A DNA stretch of 42,480 bases, taken from positions 1 through 42,480 of the forward strand of contig NW_024705462.1 of assembly GCF_018977255.1 (NCBI RefSeq), in the 5' to 3' direction. The stretch's first letter is position 1. Every line of letters begins with the position of its first letter. A program made the translations under genes and the position numbers. The notes beneath the pieces are model-generated. The model worked only from the letters and a program-made list of their open reading frames with translations, had not been told where the DNA came from and did not search any database. Positions 1 to 10,526 of the stretch are shown in pieces. This DNA is from Callorhinchus milii. Its lineage: Eukaryota.

Positions 1-485
1 ACACATTCACTCACAAACATAGTCACAGATTCACACATTCACTCACACACTCAGTCACACAACAGTCATTGACATTCACTCACTCACAATCACTCGCACA
101 GACACTCACAGACACACAGCGATTCTCTCACATTCACTCACTCCATCACACAGCGATTCACGTAAACAATTACTCACAAACACAATAAGTCAAACACAGT
201 GACTCACTCACACAATCACTTACACACAGTCACTCACAGTGCAATCATTCACACACCGTCAATCACACACACACAGTCACTGACACACAATCACTCACAC
301 ACACAGTTACTGTCACACACACACACCGTCACTTATACACACACTCACACATAGTCCCACACAATGACACACACACAGTCACTCACACACAGTCACTCAC
401 ACATAAATAGTCTCTCACACACACAGTCACTCACACACATAGTCACACACTCTGACCAGACTGAGGCCGGCTGGAAATGGTCAAG
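1..485 (-). repeat. Inverted copy of 2916-3400 (TG-rich intron plus 33 bp of CTLD pseudo-exon)
   Basis: 1-10 acacattcac is the reverse complement of 3391-3400, and 481-485 tcaag is the reverse complement of 2916-2920. Same length, about 1 mismatch seen. Position 486 onward matches 3401 onward. Confidence 0.95.
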
Positions 486-1178
486 GTGTATGAGTCACTA
501 TGTGTAAGTGACTGTGTGAGTCTGTGAGATTGTGTGCGTAAGTAACTGTGTGTGTGAGTGACTGTGTGAGTTTGTGAATATTTGTGTGAGTGAATGTGTG
601 CGTGAGTGACTATTTATGTGTGAGTGACTGTGTGTGAGTGACTGTGTTTGAGTGTGTTTGTATAAGTGACTGTGTGTGTGTATGAGTAACTGCGTGTGTG
701 AGTGATTGTGTGTCAGTGACTGTGTGTGTGATTGACTGTGAGTGTGAGTTACTGGATGTGAGAGTGAGTGTGTGTGAGTGATTGTGTGAGTGAGTCACTG
801 TGTTTGAGTTACTGTGTTTGTGAGTAATTCTTTACGTGAATCACTGTGTGACTGAGTGAGTGAATGTGAGAGTATTGCTGTCTGAGTGACTGTATGTGTA
901 CGAGTGACTGGATGAGTGAATGCCTGTGTGAGTGAGTGACTCTGAGTGACAATGAGAGTGACTGTGTGTGTGACTGTGAGTGAGTGATTGTGGGTATGAC
1001 TTTGTGAGTGAGTGACAGTGAGTCCCACTGTGAGTGACTCTGCTGGTGTTTTAGTGAGTAAATGTGAGCGACATTGTGAGAGAGTGACTGTGTGATTCAG
1101 TGACTGCCCGAGTGACTGTGAATGAGCGACTGTGGGAGTGATTGTGAGTGAATGGATGTGAATGACCAAAAGGGCCTT

Positions 1179-1760
1179 AAACTAACCTACAAGTCCTCAC
1201 ACTAACGCAAACAACCCCAACTGTGCTATAGCTTCCAACACTAAACTACAGCACCCCACGCTAACCTACAGAACCCCACACAGACCTACAGATCCCCACT
1301 CTAACCAATAGGTCAATACATTATCTTACGCAACGCCATACTAACATACAGGTCTCCATACAAACCTACAGGTTACCACATTTACCTATAAAATCCCACA
1401 CTAACCTACAGCTCCCTACAGTAACCTACAGGTCTCCATACAAATTTACAGCTCCCCACACTAACCGAAACAGCCCTTTTCTAACGTACAGGTTTTCACA
1501 CTAACCTAAACAATCCGATACAAACGTACAGGTCTCCACACTATCCAACAGGTCCCCAAACTAACCTACAGGTCCCCATACGAACCTACAGGTCCCCACG
1601 CTAACCTGAAGTTCCCAACACAAACCTACAGGCCCCACACTAACCTGCTGGTCCCCAGACTAATCTTTAGGTCCCCACACTAACTTACAGGTCCCCACAC
1701 TAACCCACAGGTTCCCACAGTAACCTACATGTCCCCGCACTAACCTACAGGTCCACACAA
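1179..1760 (+). repeat. Degenerate ~20-bp minisatellite (ctaacctacaggtccccaca)
   Basis: Repeated ctaacctacaggtccccaca units; a second copy lies at ~7235-8120, interrupted by a SINE. Confidence 0.9.
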
Positions 1761-1822
1761 TGAAGTCTGTTAAATTGGGGTGTCGCTGTGTAAACCAGAC
1801 CAGACACCTGCTCGGCTGCCAT

Positions 1823-2443
1823 TTATCTATGAGGCCACGAGGTCAGTTTTAGAACTGAATGAGCAACGCCCCACAGTCCAACTGGAGGCACCGACTTATG
1901 AATTTCACCGTCAGGAAAACAGCCCCAAACGGGCAGCCGAGGGACACTGACCTGACGAATGAGCACCAGCATCTGAGCTGTCTGACAGGTTGTGATGTTA
2001 ATAATGCTCCACACCTGGAGCTACAATCTGACCCACAAACCGGTTGGCAATCAGCAGCAGAACTCACTGGTAGACAGTTACTTACCTGTCACTCTGGAGG
2101 TCCCGGTAAATATGTTCTCGGAGTCGCTGTAGGTCCTGGTATGTTGGGAGGAGGGAAGCTGGAAGGTGGAGGAGGAGACTCCGTGCTCTGGGGAAGGGCA
2201 GGTGGATCTGAAATACCATAATTGGGAATGAACGAGATGGTTTGAAGTCACGGATGAGCTTTGTTTGGAGCCACCGTCAGAAACACAGCGCCTAACGGGC
2301 AGCCCATGGACACTGACCTGGCTCTGAGCGGGAGGTGGGCTCGGTTGCTGGGCTCTGTGATGGGGTGAAGGTGTCTCTGCCGGCTGTGTATGGGGTGGTT
2401 TCAGTAGCTGCAGTGGACGGAGCTGTTGTTGGTGTCTTTCTCT
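1823..2443 (-). pseudogene. Duplicated C-type lectin stalk/terminal exons (2318-2443, 2086-2207, possibly 1952-1981 and 1823-1854)
   Basis: Near-identical to the exons at 8185-8806. Exon 2086-2207 is 122 bp versus 123 bp in the partner (one G missing at ~2130), which shifts the frame. Confidence 0.75.
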
Positions 2444-2760
2444 CTGGAAATAAACACGGGGGAGTTACTGGCCCTGTACAGGAGACAGTTCTAATCTGTT
2501 ACCCCACATTCACGCTCTGTAGCTACCAGCAATAAACCATACACTAGCGTAACCTCCAGAATATTCTGTTGTACGTTATTCCCATCTAATGGACAACAAT
2601 GTTGGTTACAGCGCAGGTTAGAGGCAGAGTAAAACTCCTTCTCTTACACTGTCCCAGAATATCAGTGACCCAGCCCTACACTCACAGCCAACGAGCCCAC
2701 AGCAGGGAGACGCTGCTGAGATCACAACTCAATCTGTCATTTCAGCCACACACTCTTTAC

Positions 2761-2948
2761 CTGTGTAACAGATAAAGGGGCGTTCGTAATGGCATGGAGC
2801 ATCTAACCATAGAGGAGCTGCATCTCCACCAACGTACACCCAGACACAGACTGATCCGGATGTGTAATCATTCGGGTCCATATCTCCCCAGTGTATATAA
2901 TTGACGTTGTCTCCACTTGACCATTTCCAGCCGGCCTCAGTCTGGTCA
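2761..2948 (-). pseudogene. 5'-truncated C-type lectin domain exon (C-terminal half)
   Basis: Reads [62 protein letters not shown] followed by a GT donor. Its 5' side abuts TG repeat at 2949 with no acceptor and no N-terminal half. Confidence 0.9.
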
Positions 2949-3404
2949 GAGTGTGTGACTATGTGTGTGAGTGACTGTGTGTGTGAGAGACTATTTATGT
3001 GTGAGTGACTGTGTGTGAGTGACTGTGTGTGTGTCACTGTGTGGGACTATGTGTGAGTGTGTGTATAAGTGACGGTGTGTGTGTGTGACAGTAACTGTGT
3101 GTGTGAGTGATTGTGTGTCAGTGACTGTGTGTGTGTGATTGACGGTGTGTGAATGATTGCACTGTGAGTGACTGTGTGTAAGTGATTGTGTGAGTGAGTC
3201 ACTGTGTTTGACTTATTGTGTTTGTGAGTAATTGTTTACGTGAATCGCTGTGTGATGGAGTGAGTGAATGTGAGAGAATCGCTGTGTGTCTGTGAGTGTC
3301 TGTGCGAGTGATTGTGAGTGAGTGAATGTCAATGACTGTTGTGTGACTGAGTGTGTGAGTGAATGTGTGAATCTGTAACTATGTTTGTGAGTGAATGTGT
3401 GTGT

Positions 3405-6400
3405 ATGAGTCACTATGAGTCACTAAGGGGAGTCAACCTCTCCTCCCTTATCCCCATCCCCCCCACCCCTGCCTCACAACCTGGACCCCCCTCCCCTCCC
3501 ACACACCCTTCTGTCAACCGCTCCCTCCACATCGGACTGCAAAATGTCCGCTCCCTCTGCAACAAGGCCCTGGTCATCAACGATCTCATCCTTGATGAGA
3601 ACGTTGATATCATGGCCTTGACAGAAACGTGGCTCACCCCAGGCGACACCTTCCCCCTCACGGAGGCCACGCCACCCGGCTACACCTCCCACCACATCCC
3701 CCGCCCCAACCGCCGTGGCGGTGGTGTTGCCCTTATCTCAAGGACACCACTTGCCCTATCCCCTACTCCTCTGGCTCTTTCCCCTCCTTCGAGCACCTCA
3801 CCCTCTCCCACCCCTCATTCCTCTCCCTTAAAATCCTCCTCCTCTACCGGCCCCCTAAAACCTCTCCCACCTTCATCTCTGACATTTCAACACTCCTCAC
3901 ATCTCTTTGCCTCTCCTCTGATCGCCTCATCATCCTGGGCGACTTTAACCTACACTTCACCCCCTCCTGCTCCATCTCCACAGACTTCTCTTCCCTGCTC
4001 TCCTCACTCAACCTTTCCCTACACATAAACTCCCCCACTCACAGTCACGGCCACCCACTCGATTTGGTGATCACCCGGGGCCTCATTGTCTCGGATGTCA
4101 CTATTACCGACAAGGCCATCTCCGACCACTGCTTCATCTCCTTCACCACCTCCACCCCCCTCCCCACCTCCACCAGACCCACCACCATCTTCTACCGCCC
4201 TTGGAAGAAGTTACCCCCACAATCCCTAACCGATGCCTTGGAGTCCTCTGAACTCCTCTCCCTCTGGCCTTCAACCCTCACCGACCCCTCTTCTCCTCTC
4301 TCCCTCCTCCACAATATCCTCTCCTCCACACTCGATACTCTTGCCCCCATCACTTCCCGCACTGTGTCCTACTCCCGCTCCTCCCCCTGGTACACCACCC
4401 ACCTTCGCTCACTGAAATGCCAGGTGCGGGCTGCTGAGCGCACCTTTGTCAAATCCGGCTTAACGGTCCACCGACAAATTTGGCTGGACCTCCTCAAAAT
4501 TTACCGCTCCACTCTAGCCTCGGCCAAGTCGTCCTTCTACTCCAGGATAATCCTGGAGGCGAAGAACAACCCCAGGCTACTGTTTTCCACCACATCCCGA
4601 CTCCTCCGTCCCCCCCGCCACCCCGCGCAGGTCATCTCCTCCAACCTTCACTGCGAGGAGATGCTGGATTTCCTTGAATCCAAGATCAAGGGAATCCGCT
4701 CCGCGGTCACTTCCCCTCCAACTTCCACCCACCACCCACCCCTTCCCTCCCACACTCCGACTCCTACCCATCCTCCCCTACACACCTTCGTACCCGTTTC
4801 CCCACCCTCTGTCACTGAACTCATCCTATCCCTAAAACCAACCACCTGCTCCCTTGACCCCATCCCCACTCCACTCCTTATCTCCCAGCTCCATTTTCTT
4901 GCCCCACACATCACTGACATCATAAACCTGTCCCTCTCCTCTGGCTCTGTCCCCATTCCATTAAAAACTGCCATCATCACGCCCACCCTGAAAAAACCCT
5001 CCCTTGATGCGTCGCAGCTATCAAGCTACCGGCCCATCTCCAACCTCCCCTTTCTCTCCAAGGTCTTGGAAAGAGTTGTCGCCTCCCAACTGCGCTCTTT
5101 CCTCTCCACCCATTCTCTTTTTGAACCCCTTCAGTCAGGTTTCCGTGCTGCTCATAGCACAGAAACTGCCCTGGTCAAGGTCACCAATGATATCCTGACT
5201 ATCTGTGACCAGGGCTCCCTCTGTCTCCTCGTCCTCCTCGACCTATCGGCAGCATTCGATACGGTCGACCACGCTATCCTACTCCACCGCTTGTCCTCCC
5301 ACCTCAACCTTCAAGGCACTGTCCTTGAATGGTTTAGCTCTTACCTTTCCCACCGTCTTCACTTCGTCTCAACGAATGGCTTCTCCTCCACCCCCCGTAC
5401 TGTCTCATGTGGTGTCCCTCAGGGCTCTGTCCTCGGTCCCCTCCTCTTCACCCTCTATATGCTCCCCCTCGGTGACATCATCCGCAAACATGGGGTTAAC
5501 TTCCACATGTATGCGGATGACACCCAACTCTACCTTTCCTCCTCTACTCTCAACTCCACGACCACCGATGTCCTGACAGCCTGCCTGTCCGACATCGAGT
5601 CCTGGACGAGAGACAACTTTCTTCAGCTCAACGTGCGAAAAACCGAGGCCCTCCTGATTGGCTCACGTCAGCGCCTCCGCACCTCAGGCGCTGACACCAT
5701 CAGCATCCAAGGCTGCACTCTCCACCTCTCAAAGCCAGTCAGGAACCTCGGCGTTTTGTTCGACCCTGAGCTGTCCTTTCTCCCTCACATCCGCACCACA
5801 ACTGGCACCGCCTTCCATCACCTCCGGAATATCGCCAGATTACGGCACTACCTCACCCCTCACGCCGCTGAAACCCTGGTTCACGCCTTTGTCACCTCAA
5901 GGCTGGACTATGGGAACTCTCTCCTCGCCGGCCTTCCCGGCACCTCCCTCCACAAGCTGCAGGTCATTCAGAACTCTGCAGCTCGTGTACTGTCCCGCAC
6001 CAGGCTTCGGGACCACATCACTCCTACCCTCGCTCGCCTCCACTGGCTCCCCATCCCCCAGAGGATTGATTTCAAGATCCTCATCCTCACCTACAAGGCC
6101 ATTCACGGCCTTGCTCCCTCCTACCTCTCCAACCTACTATCCCCCTACCTACCTGCCCGTACCCTCCGTTCCTCTGGCTCCGGTCTGCTCCACGTCCCCC
6201 GCCCCAACCGCCCTACTATCGGTGGTCGGGCCTTCAGCCTCTCAGCCCCGAGGCTCTGGAACTCCATCCCCCAGTGCCTTCGCCTTGCTTCCTCCCTTTC
6301 CTCCTTCAAGGCCGGTCTCAAAACCTTTCTCTTTGACCGTGCCTTCAGCTCCCCTCTCGACTCTCTTCCTCCTCCTCGCTCCCTCCCTTCCCTCCCCTCA

Positions 6401-6406
6401 CCCTGA
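3405..6406 (+). CDS. L2 ORF2-like endonuclease/reverse transcriptase, split by a -1 frameshift at the C-run 3760-3763
   Basis: The frame of ORF 3363-4028 carries the EN N-terminus; the frame of ORF 3629-6406 carries the rest with no stop codons. Adding one C at 3760-3763 joins them ([14 protein letters not shown]). Confidence 0.85.
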
Positions 6407-6556
6407 CCATTTCCCCCCTCCTCTCTCCCTCCCTTTCCTCCCCTCACCCTGACCATTTCCCCCCTGCTCGGGTCATGACCCAACTGTGCAGCGCCTTGGG
6501 ACGTCCTCCTGACGTGAAAGGCGCTCTATAAATGGAATCTTGTTGTTGTTGTTGTT
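3418..6556 (+). mobile_element. Young L2-clade LINE, 5'-truncated just upstream of the APE endonuclease; EN+RT ORF with one frameshift; (TTG)n tail
   Basis: EN motifs QNVRSL, LTETWL, RRGGGVA, YRPP, LGDFN, HPLDLV, SDH; RT motifs [33 protein letters not shown]. 3' stem-loop and ttgttgttg tail. The empty site is present at 486-510; tatg flanks both ends. Confidence 0.97.
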
Positions 6557-7637
6557 GTATGTGTAAGTGACAGTGTGAGTCTGTGAGATTGTGTGTGTAA
6601 GTAACTGTGTGTGTGAGTGACTGTGTGAGTTTGTGAATATTTGTGTGAGTGAATGTGTGCGTGAGTGACTATTTATGTGTGAGTGACTGTGTGTGAGTGA
6701 CTGTGTTTGAGTGTGTTTGTATAAGTGACTGTGTGTGTGTATGAGTAACTGCGTGTGTGAGTGATTGTGTGTCAGTGACTGTGTGTGTGATTGACTGTGA
6801 GTGTGAGTTACTGGATGTGAGAGTGAGTGTGAGTGATTGTGTGAGTGAGTCACTGTGTTTGAGTTACTGTGTTTGTGAGTAATTCTTTACGTGAATCACT
6901 GTGTGACTGAGTGAGTGAATGTGAGAGTATTGCTGTCTGAGTGACTGTATGTGTACGAGTGACTGGATGAGTGAATGCCTGTGTGAGTGAGTGACTCTGA
7001 GTGACAATGAGAGTGACTGTGTGTGTGACTGTGAGTGAGTGATTGTGGGTATGACTTTGTGAGTGAGTGACAGTGAGTCCCACTGTGAGTGACTCTGCTG
7101 GTGTTTTAGTGAGTAAATGTGAGCGACATTGTGAGAGAGTGACTGTGTGATTCAGTGACTGCCCGAGTGACTGTGAATGAGCGACTGTGGGAGTGATTGT
7201 GAGTGAATGGATGTGAATGACCAAAAGGGCCTTAAACTAACCTACAATTCCTCACACTAACGCAAACAACCCCAACAGTGCTATAGCTTCCAACACTAAA
7301 CTACAGCACCCCACGCTAACCTACAGAACCCCACACAGACCTACAGATCCCCACTCTAACCAATAGGTCAATACATTATCTTACGCAACGCCATACTAAC
7401 ATACAGGTCTCCATACAAACCTACAGGTTACCACATTTACCTATAAAATCCCACACTAACCTACAGCTCCCTACAGTAACCTACAGGTCTCCATACAAAT
7501 TTACAGCTCCCCACACTAACCGAAACAGCCCTTTTCTAACGTACAGGTTTTCACACTAACCTAAACAATCCGATACAAACGTACAGGTCTCCACACTATC
7601 CAACAGGTCCCCAAACTAACCTACAGGTCCCCATACG

Positions 7638-7950
7638 AGTGGTTAGAGCACTCGCTTTGCAAGTGAGAGACCTGAGTTCAGTTCCAGGCAGAGGGCGAAA
7701 CCTTGGGCAAGTTTCCTTACTCCACACGCCTAATAATAATCCGTCCAAAAAACAAAACAATAATAAATTGGTCATTTTCAATCTATGACTGTTTGTGGGA
7801 CATTGCTGTGCGCAATTGGCTGCCGCGTTTGCCCACAAATATATAGTCAATTCACTTTACAGTGTGTTCTGTGAAGCGCTTTGGGACGTCCTCCCGACGT
7901 GAAAAGCGCTATATCAAATGCAAGGATTATTATTATTATTATTATTATTA
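7638..7950 (+). mobile_element. tRNA-derived SINE with L2-like 3' end and (TTA)n tail, slightly 5'-truncated
   Basis: gtggttagagca A-box and gagttcagttcc B-box-like head; 3' agcgctttgggacgtc...gacgtgaaaagcgctatatcaaatgcaagg(att)n. Absent from the duplicate copy at ~1583. Confidence 0.93.
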
Positions 7951-8184
7951 CAGTTCCCCACGCTAACCTGAAGTTCCCAACACAAACCTACAGGCCCCAC
8001 ACTAACCTGCTGGTCCCCAGACTAATCTTTAGGTCCCCACACTAACTTACAGGTCCCCACACTAACCCACAGGTTCCCACAGTAACCTACATGTCCCCGC
8101 ACTAACCTACAGGTCCACACAATGAAGTCTGTTAAATTGGGGTGTCGCTGTGTAAACCAGACCAGACACCTGCTCGGCTGCCAT

Positions 8185-8216
8185 TTATCTATGAGGCCAC
8201 GAGGTCAGTTTTAGAA
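8185..8216 (-). CDS. Putative terminal coding exon of the C-type lectin (VLKLTSWPHR*)
   Basis: Acceptor ctcattcag, phase-1 compatible, in-frame TAA. No transcript support. Confidence 0.35.
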
Positions 8217-8313
8217 CTGAATGAGCAACGCCCCACAGTCCAACTGGAGGCACCGACTTATGAATTTCAACGTCAGGAAAACAGCCCCAAACGGGCAGCC
8301 GAGGGACACTGAC

Positions 8314-8343
8314 CTGACGAATGAGCACCAGCATCTGAGCTGT
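8314..8343 (-). CDS. Putative 30-bp phase-1 micro-exon (DSSDAGAHSS)
   Basis: cctgtcag acceptor and CAG|GTCAGT donor. The downstream intron resembles the one following exon 8681-8806. Confidence 0.35.
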
Positions 8344-8447
8344 CTGACAGGTTGTGATGTTAATAATGCTCCACACCTGGAGCTACAATCTGACCCACAA
8401 ACCGGTTGGCAATCAGCAGCAGAACTCACTGGTAGACAGTTACTTAC

Positions 8448-8570
8448 CTGTCACTCTGGAGGTCCCGGTAAATATGTTCTCGGGAGTCGCTGTAGGTCCT
8501 GGTATGTTGGGAGGAGGGAAGCTGGAAGGTGGAGGAGGAGACTCCGTGCTCTGGGGAAGGGCAGGTGGAT
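8448..8570 (-). CDS. C-type lectin Pro/Ser/Thr-rich stalk exon
   Basis: tatttcag acceptor, CAG|GTAAGT donor, 123 bp, phase 1-1; DPPALPQSTESPPPPSSFPPPNIPGPTATPENIFTGTSRVT. Confidence 0.8.
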
Positions 8571-8680
8571 CTGAAATACCATAATTGGGAATGAACGAGA
8601 TGGTTTGAAGTCACGGATGAGCTTTGTTTGGAGCCACCGTCAGAAACACAGCGCCTAACGGGCAGCCCATGGACACTGAC

Positions 8681-8806
8681 CTGGCTCTGAGCGGGAGGTG
8701 GGCTCGGTTGCTGGGCTCTGTGATGGGGTGAAGGTGTCTCTGCCGGCTGTGTATGGGGTGGTTTCAGTAGCTGCAGTGGACGGAGCTGTTGTTGGTGTCT
8801 TTCTCT
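8681..8806 (-). CDS. C-type lectin Thr/Pro-rich (mucin-like) stalk exon
   Basis: tttatttccag acceptor, CAG|GTCAGT donor, 126 bp, phase 1-1; ERKTPTTAPSTAATETTPYTAGRDTFTPSQSPATEPTSRSEP. Confidence 0.8.
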
Positions 8807-9122
8807 CTGGAAATAAACACGGGGGAGTTACTGGCCCTGTACAGGAGACAGTTCTAATCTGTTACCCCACATTCACGCTCTGTAGCTACCAGCAATAAAC
8901 CATACACTAGCGTAACCTCCAGAATATTCTGTTGTACGTTATTCCCATCTAATGGACAACAATGTTGGTTACAGCGCAGGTTAGAGGCAGAGTAAAACTC
9001 CTTCTCTACACTGTCCCAGAATATCAGTGACCCAGCCCTACACTCACAGCCAACGAGCCCACAGCAGGGAGACGCTGCTGAGATCACATCTCACTCTGTC
9101 ATTTCAGCCACACACTGTTTAC

Positions 9123-9415
9123 CTGTGTAACAGATAAAAGGGCGTTTGTAATGGCATGGAGCATCTAACCATAGAGGAGCTGCATCTTAATCAATGTACA
9201 CCCAGACACAGACTGATCTGGATGTGTAATCATTCGGGTCCACATCTTCCCAGTGTGTATAATTGACGTTGTCTCCTCTTGACCATTTCCAGCCGGCCTC
9301 AGTCTGGTCATTATTGTACAGCCCGATCCAGAACCATTGACTTCCAACAGACAGGGTATCAATGAGCCTCTTCTCCTCTGGGCTGCGGATGCTGACGAGA
9401 CCCGTGTAGTGACTG
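9123..9415 (-). pseudogene. 5'-truncated CTLD pseudo-exon with an in-frame stop
   Basis: [99 protein letters not shown] at 9187-9189; homology to the full exon ends at ~9415. Confidence 0.92.
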
Positions 9416-9812
9416 TGATTGACAGCAGCAGAGGATGGGGCGGGAGATTTGTTGAGTCCTCCAGCCCCGCCCTCGATGCCTGGACCAACCCTGCGAATGA
9501 CACCTGGAGGGGGCTAGGAGTATGGTCAGACCTCCAGCCACGCCCCTCATGGACCAAACTAGCAAGTGACAGCTGGAGGGGGCGAGGCTGGAGGTATGGT
9601 GAGTCCTCCAGTCCCGCCCCTCAAGGGCCAGGCCAGCAAATGACAGCTGGAGGGCCGAGGCTGGAGGTATGGTGTGACCTCTAGCCCCGCCCGGCCGCTG
9701 CGCAGCTCATAGACATCGGGTAGATCTGTCCATTATAAATGGGGACCCGCAATCCTCCGGGGGCCCTAAGGCCCTGCAGTGACCCCGCCCCACACCCATA
9801 GCCACCGCCACC
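9416..9812. repeat. GC-rich element with four ~70-bp hairpin-forming units; possible non-autonomous DNA-transposon fragment
   Basis: Units such as ggggcgaggctggagg-tatggtgagt-cctccagtcccgcccc (9578-9620). A related single unit lies at ~11742-11851. Confidence 0.6.
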
Positions 9813-9880
9813 GAGCCACCAGCAGGGAGACGCTGCTGAGATCACATCTCACTCTGTCATGTCAGCCATCCACTCATTAC

Positions 9881-10258
9881 CTGTGTAACAGATGAAAGGC
9901 AGATTGTAATGGCATGGATCATCAATCCAAAAACGAGCAGTAGCTTCGCTATTGTACATCCGGACACAGACTGATCCGGACGTGTATCCATTCGGGTCCT
10001 CTCCTCCCCAGTCTGTATAATTGACGTTGTCTCCATTTGACCATTTCCATCCGGTCTCAGTCTGGTCATTATTGTACAGCCCGATCCAGACCCATTGACT
10101 TCCAACAAACAGGGGGTCAATGAGACTCTTCTCCTCTGGGCTTCGGATGCTGACGAGATCACTGTAGTGACTGCGGCAGTGATCCCGGGCTTCAGCCCAG
10201 TTTCTGTTTAAATTGATCCTGTGATACGCTCTTCCCGGGGATTGGAAGGTCTGTACAG
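9881..10258 (-). CDS. Complete C-type lectin domain exon
   Basis: ttttctcctcttcccag acceptor, CAG|GTAATG donor, 378 bp open, phase 1-1; [125 protein letters not shown] (WIGL motif, 4 Cys). Confidence 0.95.
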
Positions 10259-10526
10259 CTGGGAAGAGGAGAAAACATCTGTCATTGTATCCGTTGAAGC
10301 AAATGACAGGTCGGTGAGGAACAGAAGTGACAATTGGTTACCAGCGGCCCCATTCCTCAATGACCGCAACCCCACACTCTCCCCCAACCCCACCACATTC
10401 CCTCTCTCCACACTCCCACTCTGCACATTCCCCCCCATTCTTCCTGCCCCAACACATCCCCCAACACGCACTCATACAGCACATTCGCCCACCTCCGCAC
10501 TCCAACACCACACTCACCCGCCCTCA

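Larger units (their letters stand above)
486..2948. repeat. Tandem segmental duplication, copy 1 (partner is 3401-9310 without the L2 and SINE insertions; period 2915 bp)
   Basis: 486-2726 aligns by eye to 3401-3417 plus 6561-9087 with only a handful of substitutions and small indels. ORFs 795-1169 and 6850-7224 translate identically. Confidence 0.95.

Noticed and set aside
1179..1760. Interstitial telomeric repeat (ctaacc motifs)
   Set aside because: The period is ~20 bp with no (CCCTAA)n runs; it is an ordinary minisatellite.
3750..3775. Programmed ribosomal frameshift in the L2 ORF
   Set aside because: There is no slippery heptamer and the shift falls in the middle of the endonuclease domain; a 1-bp deletion or sequencing error explains it.
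5658..6452. Overlapping 264-aa Pro/Ser-rich ORF in L2
   Set aside because: It is an alternative frame of C-rich sequence that is naturally poor in stop codons.
9416..9700. CRISPR-like palindromic repeat and spacer pattern
   Set aside because: The units are degenerate, the spacers are homologous to each other, the context is vertebrate, and no cas genes are present.
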